Virus record (IMG/VR): IMGVR_UViG_3300037780_000111
Coordinates: 1-39,732 of that record
Direction: 5' to 3' (one strand)
DNA from: a virus
Lineage: Duplodnaviria > Caudoviricetes
Length of the DNA stretch: 39,732 nt
How positions within the stretch are numbered: the first letter of the stretch is position 1; each line of letters opens with the position of its first letter. Positions 1 to 10,267 of this stretch are shown here, piece after piece. Position numbers and translations under genes: made by a program. Under the pieces are notes generated by a model. It did no database searches, was not told the DNA's origin, and saw nothing but the letters and a program-made list of their open reading frames with translations.

Positions 1-2
1 AT

Positions 3-3000
3 GATATCGAACAAGTTGAGTATGTGCTGAAGGAAGAAAGTTTTCAAGAGTCACCTCAGGCCATTGAGCTTGTAGAAACATTGCCGACTGAAAACTTTGA
101 CAAGGTCTTTAGAATATTACCATTCGAGGCATACGATAAGCCTGAAAATTATGATCATAAACCTTTTCCAACCACCACACTCGAAGAATATGTTCTCAGC
201 GGAGGATATGTCCACGAAGATGATGTTGAGTATAAAACAGGTGATCAGTTAAGTTTGCAAGCCGCAGATGTGAATCAAATCAATATGGGAGAATACATCT
301 GGTTAACAGATTACAAAGCCGATAATTGGACAGTTTTACAATTGGATCGAGTAGTTGCAAATGTAGTATCATTAACGAATACAGATGAATTTACAGATAG
401 TTTTGATCGCAAAGTCATAGTTCAAATTGATAAATGGGCAGATCCTATATTAGAACCGGGAGATATTATAGGTATTCGTGGCGCAGGAAACTTTGATGCT
501 TATGGAATGTACGAAGTAACTGCGGTAGATTTTGATAGAATCGAAATAGCTGTAAATCCTGACATTCCTACTAGAAATTTCAATAACAGCGACGGTGGAG
601 TTTATCCTCTAGTTAAATTAAGAAAAACAAGAGTAAGCAATTTTGACGAGTTTAATTCTCTGATAGAAAATAATCTTTATCAAGATCAAAAAGTATGGGT
701 TGATGACACAGGGAACGGAGACTGGACTGTATTTGAAAATAAAAGTGTTTACAGTTTGTCGAGAGATATCTCAAATCCATCAGTTTATGACAGTACTGAT
801 CATGAATTTAGTAAATCTATGACTGTGACTGACGATAACAAAGCACTGTTTATAGGGGCCCCAGGAGACGAGGACGGCTCAGTTCATTCTTATATAAGAT
901 CAAGAGAAACAGACGAATGGCTTCAAACTTCTAGTTTAAAATCACCGTCCAATTTTTATGATGTTGTAGATGCAAGATTTGGACATTCTATTGCAGCCAG
1001 TGAAGATGGAAAATTTCTTGCAGTAGGTGTTCCGAATGCCAGCGGTGTTAAAACTAGATACAAAGGTAATTTTGATTCTCTAACAACCTATAACAAGAAT
1101 GATATTGTCAAATTTAGAGAAACTCTGTGGAAAGCCAAAAGACAGATTTTGCCTCAAACAGATAGTCAACAGTTTTCTACTTTTGATTCATACTATCAAA
1201 TAATAAAAAGAAGCAACGAAGAAACTTCTGAATTGAATTTATTATCGACAGGCCATCCTGGAATATCAAACAGCACAGTTCAAAGCACTGGAACAGTGCT
1301 GGATAACAATCTTGGACATCTATTAGTAAAAGCACCAATAGACATGTATCTAGGATCAGATATGGGAGATAATATTTCTCTAAAATATAATACGAGAACA
1401 TTTTTAAATGATGCAGATGTTTCTATAACTGATCTTGATCCTGTAGAGCCGTTCGGTGGTTCGATATTAGGGCTAGATTCTAATTTTGTTACTGGTGAAC
1501 ACGAAATAAAAGAAAAAATAGAAGCTGTTCTATTAATCAATCCTTATATAGGTATTCCCGAAGTTGGAGATACTGTTGAAAACGATACAGGAACTGCAAG
1601 AGTTCGTTATGTATATTCTGATCAAGACAATGTAATAATATATACAAACGATGTAAAAGGATCTTTTGAATTACAAGGAGAAATCTTTAGAATTGATCCT
1701 TCGACAAACGAAAGACAATTTTTAGGTTTTTACAATCAACCTGTTTCTATTGGAGATAACACAGTCTTTGGAGGATATTGGTTGATAGAAACACCAATAT
1801 ATAACAACGGTGTATCATTCATAGATGATGCAAAAGGTTTAGTTTACGCAGATCTTATTACCGAAAATGAACAAGACAATCCTAATAGACCATTTTCGTA
1901 TTATAATATTCAGGACACAGCAGGCGCAATCGGTGTTTATGTATCGAACAATTTAAGATCAAGCTTTATTACACAATTGAGTTATTTTGGTGATCCTTCT
2001 GGTGCCGACGGAGAAAGTCAAGCACCGGAGAACATAGTCAGTGACCTTTGGGTTGTAAGAGCACCTAAGGATTATACAGATATTCTCACAACTGGGTCTA
2101 AATTTAGATTCGAATTATTTGAATACGAGAATAAAATTGCAGATTTTTCCGATACTGGGTTAAGCTACGAAGATATCAACGGTGAACACACTGTATATGA
2201 TCTCTGGGACGGCTATATTGATTTTGAATTTACACGATTTGACCCAAATGGTTTTCCTTTTGAACCTCAGGTAGGGGATATATTAGAAGATGTACAAATA
2301 CCGTTTAATGATGAAGGTGGATTAGCTCTTACAAGTATTTCAACCAGCAGTGTCGAAGTAATGTATCTTCAAAGAAACTTCAACAGAGTGAGAGTTTATG
2401 TTAATATAATGCCTAATAGAGATGGCTCTACTAGAAATTGGACTGAGTTGAACAACATTGCAAGAATAGAATTAAGAAGAAGAGCAAACAACTCATTTAG
2501 AGGTTCAGGAGATGTTGACAGAATCATAGGCACTGTGGAAGATTTTAGAAATGATGTTGTCCTAACAAATTTCCCTATCGGTAAACTTATAGTAGTAAAA
2601 AATGACAGTGATTTTCCTGTAATAGGTACGTGGACAGACATTAATTCAATCAATGACGAGGAATATTGGTTCTATCAAGAAAACTTTGATGAGCAAGGTG
2701 CGAGTAGATCGGCAAATCTTCCAGGTAGCATTAACAAAGATTATGATCAGATCTTTAATATTTCTGCTGATACTTTTGGGCAAGAAGGTGAACTCAATGA
2801 AGGTGCAGTAGCAATCTTTAAAAGAACTGCAAACAACATCTACAAGCTTCAGCAAGTAATTACCAGCGAATATGCTTATAATAATGACGGGTCAAGAAAG
2901 TCAAATAGAAGATTTGGATCAAAGGTCGAATTAGCTAAAAGCAATAATCTTTATACATTGATAGTTTCAACTGAAGATGACCCAGGTGACAGCAGTTTAG

Positions 3001-6000
3001 GATTTGCTAACAAATTAGAAATTTTTAAAACAGGAGCAGAAAGTAACGAAACTTTTAAAGGTCAGTGGGATAATACTGATACCTACGTGAAAGATGATAT
3101 AGTCGAATTTGACTCAGAATATTATCAAGCGAAAATCAACATTCCGCTCGATGTTAATATTTCCAATACTGTTTATTGGCAAAATATCAGTTGGAGAAGA
3201 GCAAAAGATAAGAATTATAGAGGAGAATGGGATAACCGTTTGGGTTATACTGCTGGCAGTATAGTTGTTAAAGATGATGTTACATATCGTGCAAGAACTA
3301 ATATTGCAGAGTCTGCTGATTTTGACGTCAATAGTTGGGAAACATTAACTACTCCAATTGACTATCTAGGATATCTGCCGAATTTAATTAAAAAATCATA
3401 CTTTGGTGAAGAAATTTATGATCCGCAACAAGATATTTTACAGTTTGCAAAAGATTTTGCAGTTAATAAAACGGGAACAGTTCTTGCTATCATCAGTATT
3501 CAGGAATCAAGTGATAGTACTGAGAGCGATACCAGTGTTTTAATTTATAGATTGTTAGGTACAAAATACGTTTTAACACAGACTATTCAAGCACCTAATC
3601 GAATCGAAGCGTTTGCAAGCAGTATTGCTATAAATCCCGAAGGCACAATTCTTGCAGTTGGATCACCTCTCAATGACACTAGAACAAGAGACGGCGGAAA
3701 AGTCTATGTTTATAGGCAAAACGGCAATCAATTTTCAATAGCTCAAGAATTATATTCACCTCAGAATGAAATCAGTGAAGGATTTGGTTCAAATCTTGCA
3801 TTTAGCAAAGACAATCTAGCAGTTACAAGTCGAACAGGCGATATGATCTTGCCTACTACATTTGATAAAACTGATGATTCAGAGACTACATTTGACAATG
3901 GATTTACTGAATTTAAAAATACAAAAATAGACACAGGCAATGTTTATATCTATGAACAAATTAACAACAGCTTGGTATTTTCTGAATCTTTCCGTTACGA
4001 TGATGCAGATACGTCTTTTGGAGAAAATTTATTAGCCAAAGACAATTTTGTTTATGTAGGAATTCCTAAAAAGCTTGGTGTTACAGGTGCACTCGGTGAT
4101 AGTACTCTTAGAGGAACAGTTTTAGAATATCGTAAAACCAAAAACACATTTGCTTGGAAATCTATTAGAGAACTGATGCGCCCGGTTGATGTATCTAAAA
4201 TAAGAGGCGCGTTCTTGTATAACAAGAGAGAAAATCGTATTATAACTTATCTTGATTACATAGATCCAATCCAAGGAAAAATTGCAGGTCCTGCAGAACA
4301 AGAAATTACTTTTAAAACTCCAATCGACCCTGCAAGATACAACGCTGACGATGCTAATCAAAACCGAGGCGAAACCGTAGCTTGGCAAGACGAATATGTA
4401 GGCAAATTATGGTGGGATATCAACAGTGCTAAATTTACCTATCCGTATCAGGGATCAATTCAATATCAAAAAGATAATTGGAATGAGCTACAGCCTGACA
4501 GTTCTATAGCTGTGTTCGAATGGGTCGAAAGCGATCTATTACCTAGCCAGTGGGATGCAGTAGCAGATACTGAAAGGGGTATTAGAGCAGGAATAAGCGG
4601 AAGATCTTTATATGGTGATGATAGATTTAGTAGAAAGTTTATCTACGATGATATTAGTAAATCATATAACGTAAAATATTACTTCTGGGTAATCAATAAA
4701 AGAACTATTCCTGTAAATAGAAACAGAACAGTTAGTGCATTTGATGTTGCCCAACTTATTGCTAGACCTAGAGAGCAAGGATATAGATATATCAGTTTTC
4801 TAAGCAATGATCGTCTATTGATCAATAACTGCAATAATTTGATCTACAATGACGACATTGTTCTTAATATTAGATATACTAATAGTAATAGCACCAAAGA
4901 ACAAAATTTACATAGCCAATATCAAATTTTATCTGATGGTGTAGAAAGCAGTGTTCCTCATCCTGACATAGAACGCAAATGGTTTGATAGTTTGATTGGA
5001 GTTGACGAACAAGATAGACCTGTTCCTGCAACAAATCTCACTGTCAAGCAAAAATATGGAATACAAAATAGACCTAGACAATCTATGTTTGTTAATAGAA
5101 CCGAAGCCTTGAAGCAGGTGATCGAACGTATAAATCTTGTGTTAGACAGAAACATAATCGTAGATGAATTTGATATAAGCGATTTACTACAAAAAGAACC
5201 ACAGCCTTCGCTACAGTCTAATCTATGGGACAGTGCAATATCTACTTCTGCAGAATTGAGATTTGTTAGCACAAACAAAATTGAACCAGCAGTTTTAGAA
5301 CCTGTGATAGTAAATGGAGAAATTATTTCTGTTAATATCATTAATTCTGGTAGAGGTTACAAAGTTGCACCTACACTGACCGTTAGTGGTGTCGGCCAGG
5401 GTGCAGAATTTGAACTATCAATAAACAATCTAGGACAGATAGTTGGTGTTGATGTTCTCAACAGGGGTCAAAACTATACTGAAAATACAGTGATTACACC
5501 AAGAAGATTCACTGTGTTAGTTGAATCGGATGAGACTGCAAATGGAAAATGGGCTCTTTACAATTGGAATAATGCTACAAGACAGTGGTTACGTATTCGA
5601 TTACAAGATTATGATGTAAGTACCTACTGGGATTATAAAGAGTGGTATGCCGAAGGTTATAATGAATTTACAGCAATTACTTTCAACATAGAAGAATCAT
5701 ATGAATTGACTAGCCTAAACGATACAATTGGCGATATTGTAAAAATTAACAATGTGGGTTCTGGCGGTTGGTTATTGTTAGAAAAAATTGATAATCAAAA
5801 TTCTGAAGATTATACGGTAAACTACAAAACTATTGGTAGACAAAACGGAACACTACAGTTCAAAGATAGTCTTTATAATTTTAACTCAAATTCTATAGGT
5901 TATGATAATGCTTCTTTTGATAGTAAGTTTTATGACAGTAATCCTACAACTGAGTTAAGAATTATCCTAAACGCCATCAGAGATAAAATATTCATTAACA

Positions 6001-9000
6001 ATCTAAAAATAGAATACAATCAATTGTTCTTTAGCAGTTTAAGATATATTTTATCTGAGCAATTGTATGTTGATTGGATGTTTAAGACCAGTTTTATTAA
6101 AGTAAAACATAATCTAGGCGAACTAGAACAAGATATTACTTTTAATAATAATACTTTACCTAGTTATGAAGGTTATGTTAAAGAAGTAAAACCATACAAA
6201 ACTGTAATTAGAGAATTTGTAAGTGCATATAACACTGTAGAACCTACAAATACAGCTACTACAGATTTTGATAATCCACCTGCATATGATAGACTAGCAA
6301 AGAAAATATTGCCTACCAAAGCAAAGATTATAGATGATACATTGGTAGGCACTCGTGACATCGACCTTGAATATCCTAGAAAATATTGGAGCGATAATCT
6401 AGGGTACGGTGTAACTGAAATCAAACTAGAATCCGGAGGCAGTGGGTACACTTTTAAACCTACTGTACGAATTGAAGGCGGCGGCGGCTCTGGTGCAACT
6501 GCCGAAGCATACCTAGGATACGGAAGTATTACTAAAATTAAAATAACAAATCCGGGTTCGGGTTATGTTACTGAGCCTAGGTTAATAATAGAAGGTCCGC
6601 AAACAGACGACGGTGTTCCTGCTGCGGCATCTGTAATACTAGGAAATGCACTTGTGAGAACTCCGTCAATTAGAATCAAGTTTGATAGAACCAGTGGTGA
6701 ATACTATATTTCTAAACTAGAGGAATCTGAAACATTTTCAGGGACAGGCGCTGATACGGTATATGATTTAACATGGCCAATGGACCTTAGACCAGAAACT
6801 GTAAGTATTACGGTAAACGGTGAGGAAAAGCTAAGAAGTGAATATACGTTTGAAAATGTTGTCGAAAACCCATCAGTAACAGTTACTGATAAGAAATTTG
6901 TTTATAACAATGTTGAATCGGCTGCCGGACCGGGCAGGCAAAAAATTACCACCGGATATACACGTGAAACAGGTAGAATTAAATTTACTGTACCTCCTGT
7001 AAGTGGTGCAGAAATTATTGTAAACTATATGAAACCCCTTAGCATGTTAAATGCAGAGGATAGGATTAATTTTGCTTATAAACCAAATACCGGTATGTTT
7101 GGTAAAGATCTAAGTCAACTTATGACTGGTGTTGATTATGGCGGTGTTGAAATACAAAGCATTGATTTCAATAAAGCTAGAGGATGGGATACTGAAGGTT
7201 GGTTTACAGACAATTGGGATAGGTTTGATAATGCAGTTGAAGATATCATTTTCAACTTTGATGGATCTACTATATTTGTGGATTTAGAGACACCGTTAGA
7301 AGCTGACACAGTTTATAACGTTTATTATCGTTCTGAGAATACTCCTGTAGGAAAAGATATAAGATTGGATGATCCTAACTACGGAACATCTGAACAAACC
7401 AATCCAAATGCTATTATGAGCAGCATTGTAGGAGATGGCGTAACCCAAGTGCTTGATTTAGATGAATTAAACATACAGGTTTTTGATGGTGATGTGTTAA
7501 CACTGAGAAAAACAACCAGCGATGGATCATTTACACCATCTCCGGACAGTTATGATACTGCACTAAGCGGCGGTGACCTAGCATATACAACAGCTAAAGG
7601 TATCGATGCAGCTGAAATTAAAATAGACGGTGACGGGTTTGTTACAGCTACAACATCGGCAGGTCCTGAAGAATTAATACCTGGGCAAGTAATGGATTCA
7701 CTTGATATTAAAGTATATACAAGAGACAGCAATGGACAAGGAACAATATACAGCCAAAGTTATGTTATGGATGCTGATCGTTCTGTTTATAATCTAGGAG
7801 TAACACCGTCGACTCCATCCGCTGTATTTGTAAAAATAGACAACAATCTATTAAGCAGCGATGAATATTCGATAGATTGGAATAATAACACTGTTACGAT
7901 ACAGAATCCAATAGATGATGTAGAATTAAATATAGTTAGTGTAGAAGGTGCTGTTCAAAACATAGTTGATTATGGTACTATAAACACGGATGAAAATATT
8001 ACTGACTATGTTACAAAAGTAAAATACAGTAACGATTTGACTGTTCATGTTACTGTGAATGGTGTTAAGAAAAATGTATTACTAGTAGAAGATGTTGACA
8101 CTGACAGAGCCGTTATAAGATTAGAACAACCTGAATCTACCGGTCAAATTCTAAATTATGTGTTTTTTGATTCTGATGATTTAATAAATTACAGCCAAGT
8201 AACCAAAGAAACATTTGTAATTACAGCAGAAACTCAATCTTCGCTAACATTAGCACAAGCACCTTTCTATGAATTGCCTACTACATATAATACATTGGTA
8301 AAAGTTAACAACAGTGTATTAAATGCAGGATATAACATTCAATATACAATTCCTGCAAATAGAGAAAGAGAATACGGCTTAGAAGAATTTCAGCAGCCAG
8401 GAAACGCTTTAGAATCAGAAAATCTAAGAGTATTTTTAAATGGTGAAGAAATTACTTCTCCGGTACAATGGAGATTTGAAATTGCTAATAGCCAAATTGT
8501 TCTCTCAGAAGAAATAGGGGAACCTGGCGATACAATAGATATTTTTGTAGTTATTGATGGTGATTATACCATAGATGAGAATATAATAACATTTGATCCA
8601 CAATTACAAATAGGTGATCAAGTAGAAGTATATAGTTTCTCTAATCATGATATTCTACAGACTGAAAGAATAAGCTATGATGTTGTAGATAGAAAAACAT
8701 TGACATCTGAAGACCTAGAATATATTACCTATAATAGACTTACTGTTGGTGAAATTAATTTAAGAAAGCCAGCCGCCGGGCCACAATATCTCTGGGTAAG
8801 TGTAAACGGTGAGCTATTGTCGCCAAGCGTTGATTATGATGTTAATGAAACCGGTGAAAAATTATTACTGTCAAAAACACCACAACAAAACGATGTAATT
8901 GATATACTTCATTTTACAGCACCTGTGAGAATTCGCAAAACATCATTTAGACAATTCAAAGATATTCTCAATAGAACTCATTACAAGAGAATTGATGTTG

Positions 9001-9635
9001 CAGCCACAACATTGGCTAAACCTCTTAACTATTATGATCTTAGAATAGAAGTCGAAGATGGTAGCCAATTAATTGAACCTAACAAGGGTAAAAATCTTCC
9101 AGGTATTGTGTTTATAAATGGCGAACGTATAGAATATTTTGTAAAAGAAGATAATGTTCTACGTCAATTGAGAAGAGGAACGTTAGGTACAGGTATTAAG
9201 GATGTGCATGAAGTCGGCTCGGAAGTGTTTGATCAGAGTTCAAACAAGACTGTTCCTTATCAAGATGTAACACAAACTCAAACAGAAATTGCCGACGGTA
9301 ATACAAATCAGTTTACATTGAAATTTGCTGCTGAAAGTAAACATGAATTCGAAGTATTTGTTGCAGGTAGAAGGTTAAGAAAAGATAGTATACAAATTTT
9401 TGACTCTAATCAAGCGTTAGATAGTCCTCAAGGCGATACAACAATTGATGCTGATTTTACTTTTGATAGTGCAACAAATACCATTACTTTGAAAGAGACT
9501 CCGGAAATAGATCAGCAAATAAGTATAGTAAGAAAAGTCGGTAAACTGTGGAATGCAGCAGGTGAAACTCTAGGAGAGAGTCAAACTGATATTGGATTCT
9601 TCTTGAGAGCAGGCACAACTGAATTACCTAAATAA
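3..9635 (+). CDS. Giant virion structural protein (baseplate wedge/tail-associated), 5'-truncated by the window edge
   Basis: Frame is open from base 3 (DIEQVEYVLKEE...), so the ORF-track GTG at 24 is not the true start. >3200 aa, acidic; seven FG-GAP-like blades (e.g. FGHSIAASEDGKFLAVGVP, FASSIAINPEGTILAVGSP), three Y/F-x-G-x-W/F-D...DIV...Y-x-A small modules, GSGY-x-x-x-P repeats typical of T4-like baseplate/tail proteins, multiple C-terminal V-x-VNG...Y...P...D-x-I beta-sandwich repeats; lies directly upstream of tail fibre genes. Confidence 0.75.
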   Translation, partial: DIEQVEYVLKEESFQESPQAIELVETLPTENFDKVFRILPFEAYDKPENYDHKPFPTTTLEEYVLSGGYVHEDDVEYKTGDQLSLQAADVNQINMGEYIWLTDYKADNWTVLQLDRVVANVVSLTNTDEFTDSFDRKVIVQIDKWADPILEPGDIIGIRGAGNFDAYGMYEVTAVDFDRIEIAVNPDIPTRNFNNSDGGVYPLVKLRKTRVSNFDEFNSLIENNLYQDQKVWVDDTGNGDWTVFENKSVYSLSRDISNPSVYDSTDHEFSKSMTVTDDNKALFIGAPGDEDGSVHSYIRSRETDEWLQTSSLKSPSNFYDVVDARFGHSIAASEDGKFLAVGVPNASGVKTRYKGNFDSLTTYNKNDIVKFRETLWKAKRQILPQTDSQQFSTFDSYYQIIKRSNEETSELNLLSTGHPGISNSTVQSTGTVLDNNLGHLLVKAPIDMYLGSDMGDNISLKYNTRTFLNDADVSITDLDPVEPFGGSILGLDSNFVTGEHEIKEKIEAVLLINPYIGIPEVGDTVENDTGTARVRYVYSDQDNVIIYTNDVKGSFELQGEIFRIDPSTNERQFLGFYNQPVSIGDNTVFGGYWLIETPIYNNGVSFIDDAKGLVYADLITENEQDNPNRPFSYYNIQDTAGAIGVYVSNNLRSSFITQLSYFGDPSGADGESQAPENIVSDLWVVRAPKDYTDILTTGSKFRFELFEYENKIADFSDTGLSYEDINGEHTVYDLWDGYIDFEFTRFDPNGFPFEPQVGDILEDVQIPFNDEGGLALTSISTSSVEVMYLQRNFNRVRVYVNIMPNRDGSTRNWTELNNIARIELRRRANNSFRGSGDVDRIIGTVEDFRNDVVLTNFPIGKLIVVKNDSDFPVIGTWTDINSINDEEYWFYQENFDEQGASRSANLPGSINKDYDQIFNISADTFGQEGELNEGAVAIFKRTANNIYKLQQVITSEYAYNNDGSRKSNRRFGSKVELAKSNNLYTLIVSTEDDPGDSSLGFANKLEIFKTGAESNETFKGQWDNTDTYVKDDIVEFDSEYYQAKINIPLDVNISNTVYWQNISWRRAKDKNYRGEWDNRLGYTAGSIVVKDDVTYRARTNIAESADFDVNSWETLTTPIDYLGYLPNLIKKSYFGEEIYDPQQDILQFAKDFAVNKTGTVLAIISIQESSDSTESDTSVLIYRLLGTKYVLTQTIQAPNRIEAFASSIAINPEGTILAVGSPLNDTRTRDGGKVYVYRQNGNQFSIAQELYSPQNEISEGFGSNLAFSKDNLAVTSRTGDMILPTTFDKTDDSETTFDNGFTEFKNTKIDTGNVYIYEQINNSLVFSESFRYDDADTSFGENLLAKDNFVYVGIPKKLGVTGALGDSTLRGTVLEYRKTKNTFAWKSIRELMRPVDVSKIRGAFLYNKRENRIITYLDYIDPIQGKIAGPAEQEITFKTPIDPARYNADDANQNRGETVAWQDEYVGKLWWDINSAKFTYPYQGSIQYQKDNWNELQPDSSIAVFEWVESDLLPSQWDAVADTERGIRAGISGRSLYGDDRFSRKFIYDDISKSYNVKYYFWVINKRTIPVNRNRTVSAFDVAQLIARPREQGYRYISFLSNDRLLINNCNNLIYNDDIVLNIRYTNSNSTKEQNLHSQYQILSDGVESSVPHPDIERKWFDSLIGVDEQDRPVPATNLTVKQKYGIQNRPRQSMFVNRTEALKQVIERINLVLDRNIIVDEFDISDLLQKEPQPSLQSNLWDSAISTSAELRFVSTNKIEPAVLEPVIVNGEIISVNIINSGRGYKVAPTLTVSGVGQGAEFELSINNLGQIVGVDVLNRGQNYTENTVITPRRFTVLVESDETANGKWALYNWNNATRQWLRIRLQDYDVSTYWDYKEWYAEGYNEFTAITFNIEESYELTSLNDTIGDIVKINNVGSGGWLLLEKIDNQNSEDYTVNYKTIGRQNGTLQFKDSLYNFNSNSIGYDNASFDSKFYDSNPTTELRIILNAIRDKIFINNLKIEYNQLFFSSLRYILSEQLYVDWMFKTSFIKVKHNLGELEQDITFNNNTLPSYEGYVKEVKPYKTVIREFVSAYNTVEPTNTATTDFDNPPAYDRLAKKILPTKAKIIDDTLVGTRDIDLEYPRKYWSDNLGYGVTEIKLESGGSGYTFKPTVRIEGGGGSGATAEAYLGYGSITKIKITNPGSGYVTEPRLIIEGPQTDDGVPAAASVILGNALVRTPSIRIKFDRTSGEYYISKLEESETFSGTGADTVYDLTWPMDLRPETVSITVNGEEKLRSEYTFENVVENPSVTVTDKKFVYNNVESAAGPGRQKITTGYTRETGRIKFTVPPVSGAEIIVNYMKPLSMLNAEDRINFAYKPNTGMFGKDLSQLMTGVDYGGVEIQSIDFNKARGWDTEGWFTDNWDRFDNAVEDIIFNFDGSTIFVDLETPLEADTVYNVYYRSENTPVGKDIRLDDPNYGTSEQTNPNAIMSSIVGDGVTQVLDLDELNIQVFDGDVLTLRKTTSDGSFTPSPDSYDTALSGGDLAYTTAKGIDAAEIKIDGDGFVTATTSAGPEELIPGQVMDSLDIKVYTRDSNGQGTIYSQSYVMDADRSVYNLGVTPSTPSAVFVKIDNNLLSSDEYSIDWNNNTVTIQNPIDDVELNIVSVEGAVQNIVDYGTINTDENITDYVTKVKYSNDLTVHVTVNGVKKNVLLVEDVDTDRAVIRLEQPESTGQILNYVFFDSDDLINYSQVTKETFVITAETQSSLTLAQAPFYELPTTYNTLVKVNNSVLNAGYNIQYTIPANREREYGLEEFQQPGNALESENLRVFLNGEEITSPVQWRFEIANSQIVLSEEIGEPGDTIDIFVVIDGDYTIDENIITFDPQLQIGDQVEVYSFSNHDILQTERISYDVVDRKTLTSEDLEYITYNRLTVGEINLRKPAAGPQYLWVSVNGELLSPSVDYDVNETGEKLLLSKTPQQNDVIDILHFTAPVRIRKTSFRQFKDILNRTHYKRIDVAATTLAKPLNYYDLRIEVEDGSQLIEPNKGKNLPGIVFINGERIEYFVKEDNVLRQLRRGTLGTGIKDVHEVGSEVFDQSSNKTVPYQDVTQTQTEIADGNTNQFTLKFAAESKHEFEVFVAGRRLRKDSIQIFDSNQALDSPQGDTTIDADFTFDSATNTITLKETPEIDQQISIVRKVGKLWNAAGETLGESQTDIGFFLRAGTTELPK

Positions 9636-9638
9636 ATA
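9631..9638 (+). promoter_or_regulatory. T4-like late promoter candidate (AATAAATA)
   Basis: One mismatch to TATAAATA, overlaps the stop of the giant gene, followed by AGGA RBS and ATG at 9656. Confidence 0.55.
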
Positions 9639-9655
9639 CAGTGTAGGAAACAGAT

Positions 9656-10267
9656 ATGAGTAATACAATGAAAGATACAAATGGCGTGGCAGTTCAGGGA
9701 CATATAAAAATATTTGATCCCGAATCTGGTAAAATTTATGTTGAAAAGAGAAATGCAATTCATTTCGAAAACATGAGTATTGCTATGGCAGAAAGTTTGG
9801 CCAATGCGGGTCAAGGTTTTATATATGAAATGAGTTTTGGTAATGGCGGAACCAGCGTTGACCCTACAGGAATAATTACATATCTTACTCCTAATTCAAC
9901 AGGAACAAATGCAACTCTCTACAATCAAACTTTTACAAAAGTAGTAGATGATAGAAGTGTAAACAATACAGATCCTGCTAGAAATTTCTTAGAAACTCGT
10001 CACCTAAGCGGGACCAATTATACTGATATTTTGGTGAGATGTTTATTAGATTACGGCGAACCTGCAGGACAGATGGCTTTCGATAATGCAACAAATGCAG
10101 ATGATGCATTTGTTTTTGATGAATTAGGCTTAAAAAGCTACAGTGCAGCAGGAACTGGTAGATTGCTAACTCATGTTATTTTCCATCCTGTACAAAAGTC
10201 ACTTAACAGATTAATTCAAATTGATTATACTGTGAGAGTACAGAGCCTTAGCGGAGGTAACAGCTAA
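9656..10267 (+). CDS. Phage tail/baseplate structural protein (tail-collar fibre/anchor-like)
   Basis: 203 aa; pattern GHIKI...N...FGNGG...LYNQ...FDELGL...FHPVQKS resembles baseplate/fibre attachment proteins; between baseplate-like and fibre genes. Confidence 0.55.
   Translation: MSNTMKDTNGVAVQGHIKIFDPESGKIYVEKRNAIHFENMSIAMAESLANAGQGFIYEMSFGNGGTSVDPTGIITYLTPNSTGTNATLYNQTFTKVVDDRSVNNTDPARNFLETRHLSGTNYTDILVRCLLDYGEPAGQMAFDNATNADDAFVFDELGLKSYSAAGTGRLLTHVIFHPVQKSLNRLIQIDYTVRVQSLSGGNS

Noticed and set aside
24-26. GTG start of the giant ORF
   Set aside because: Frame is open to the window edge; gene begins upstream.
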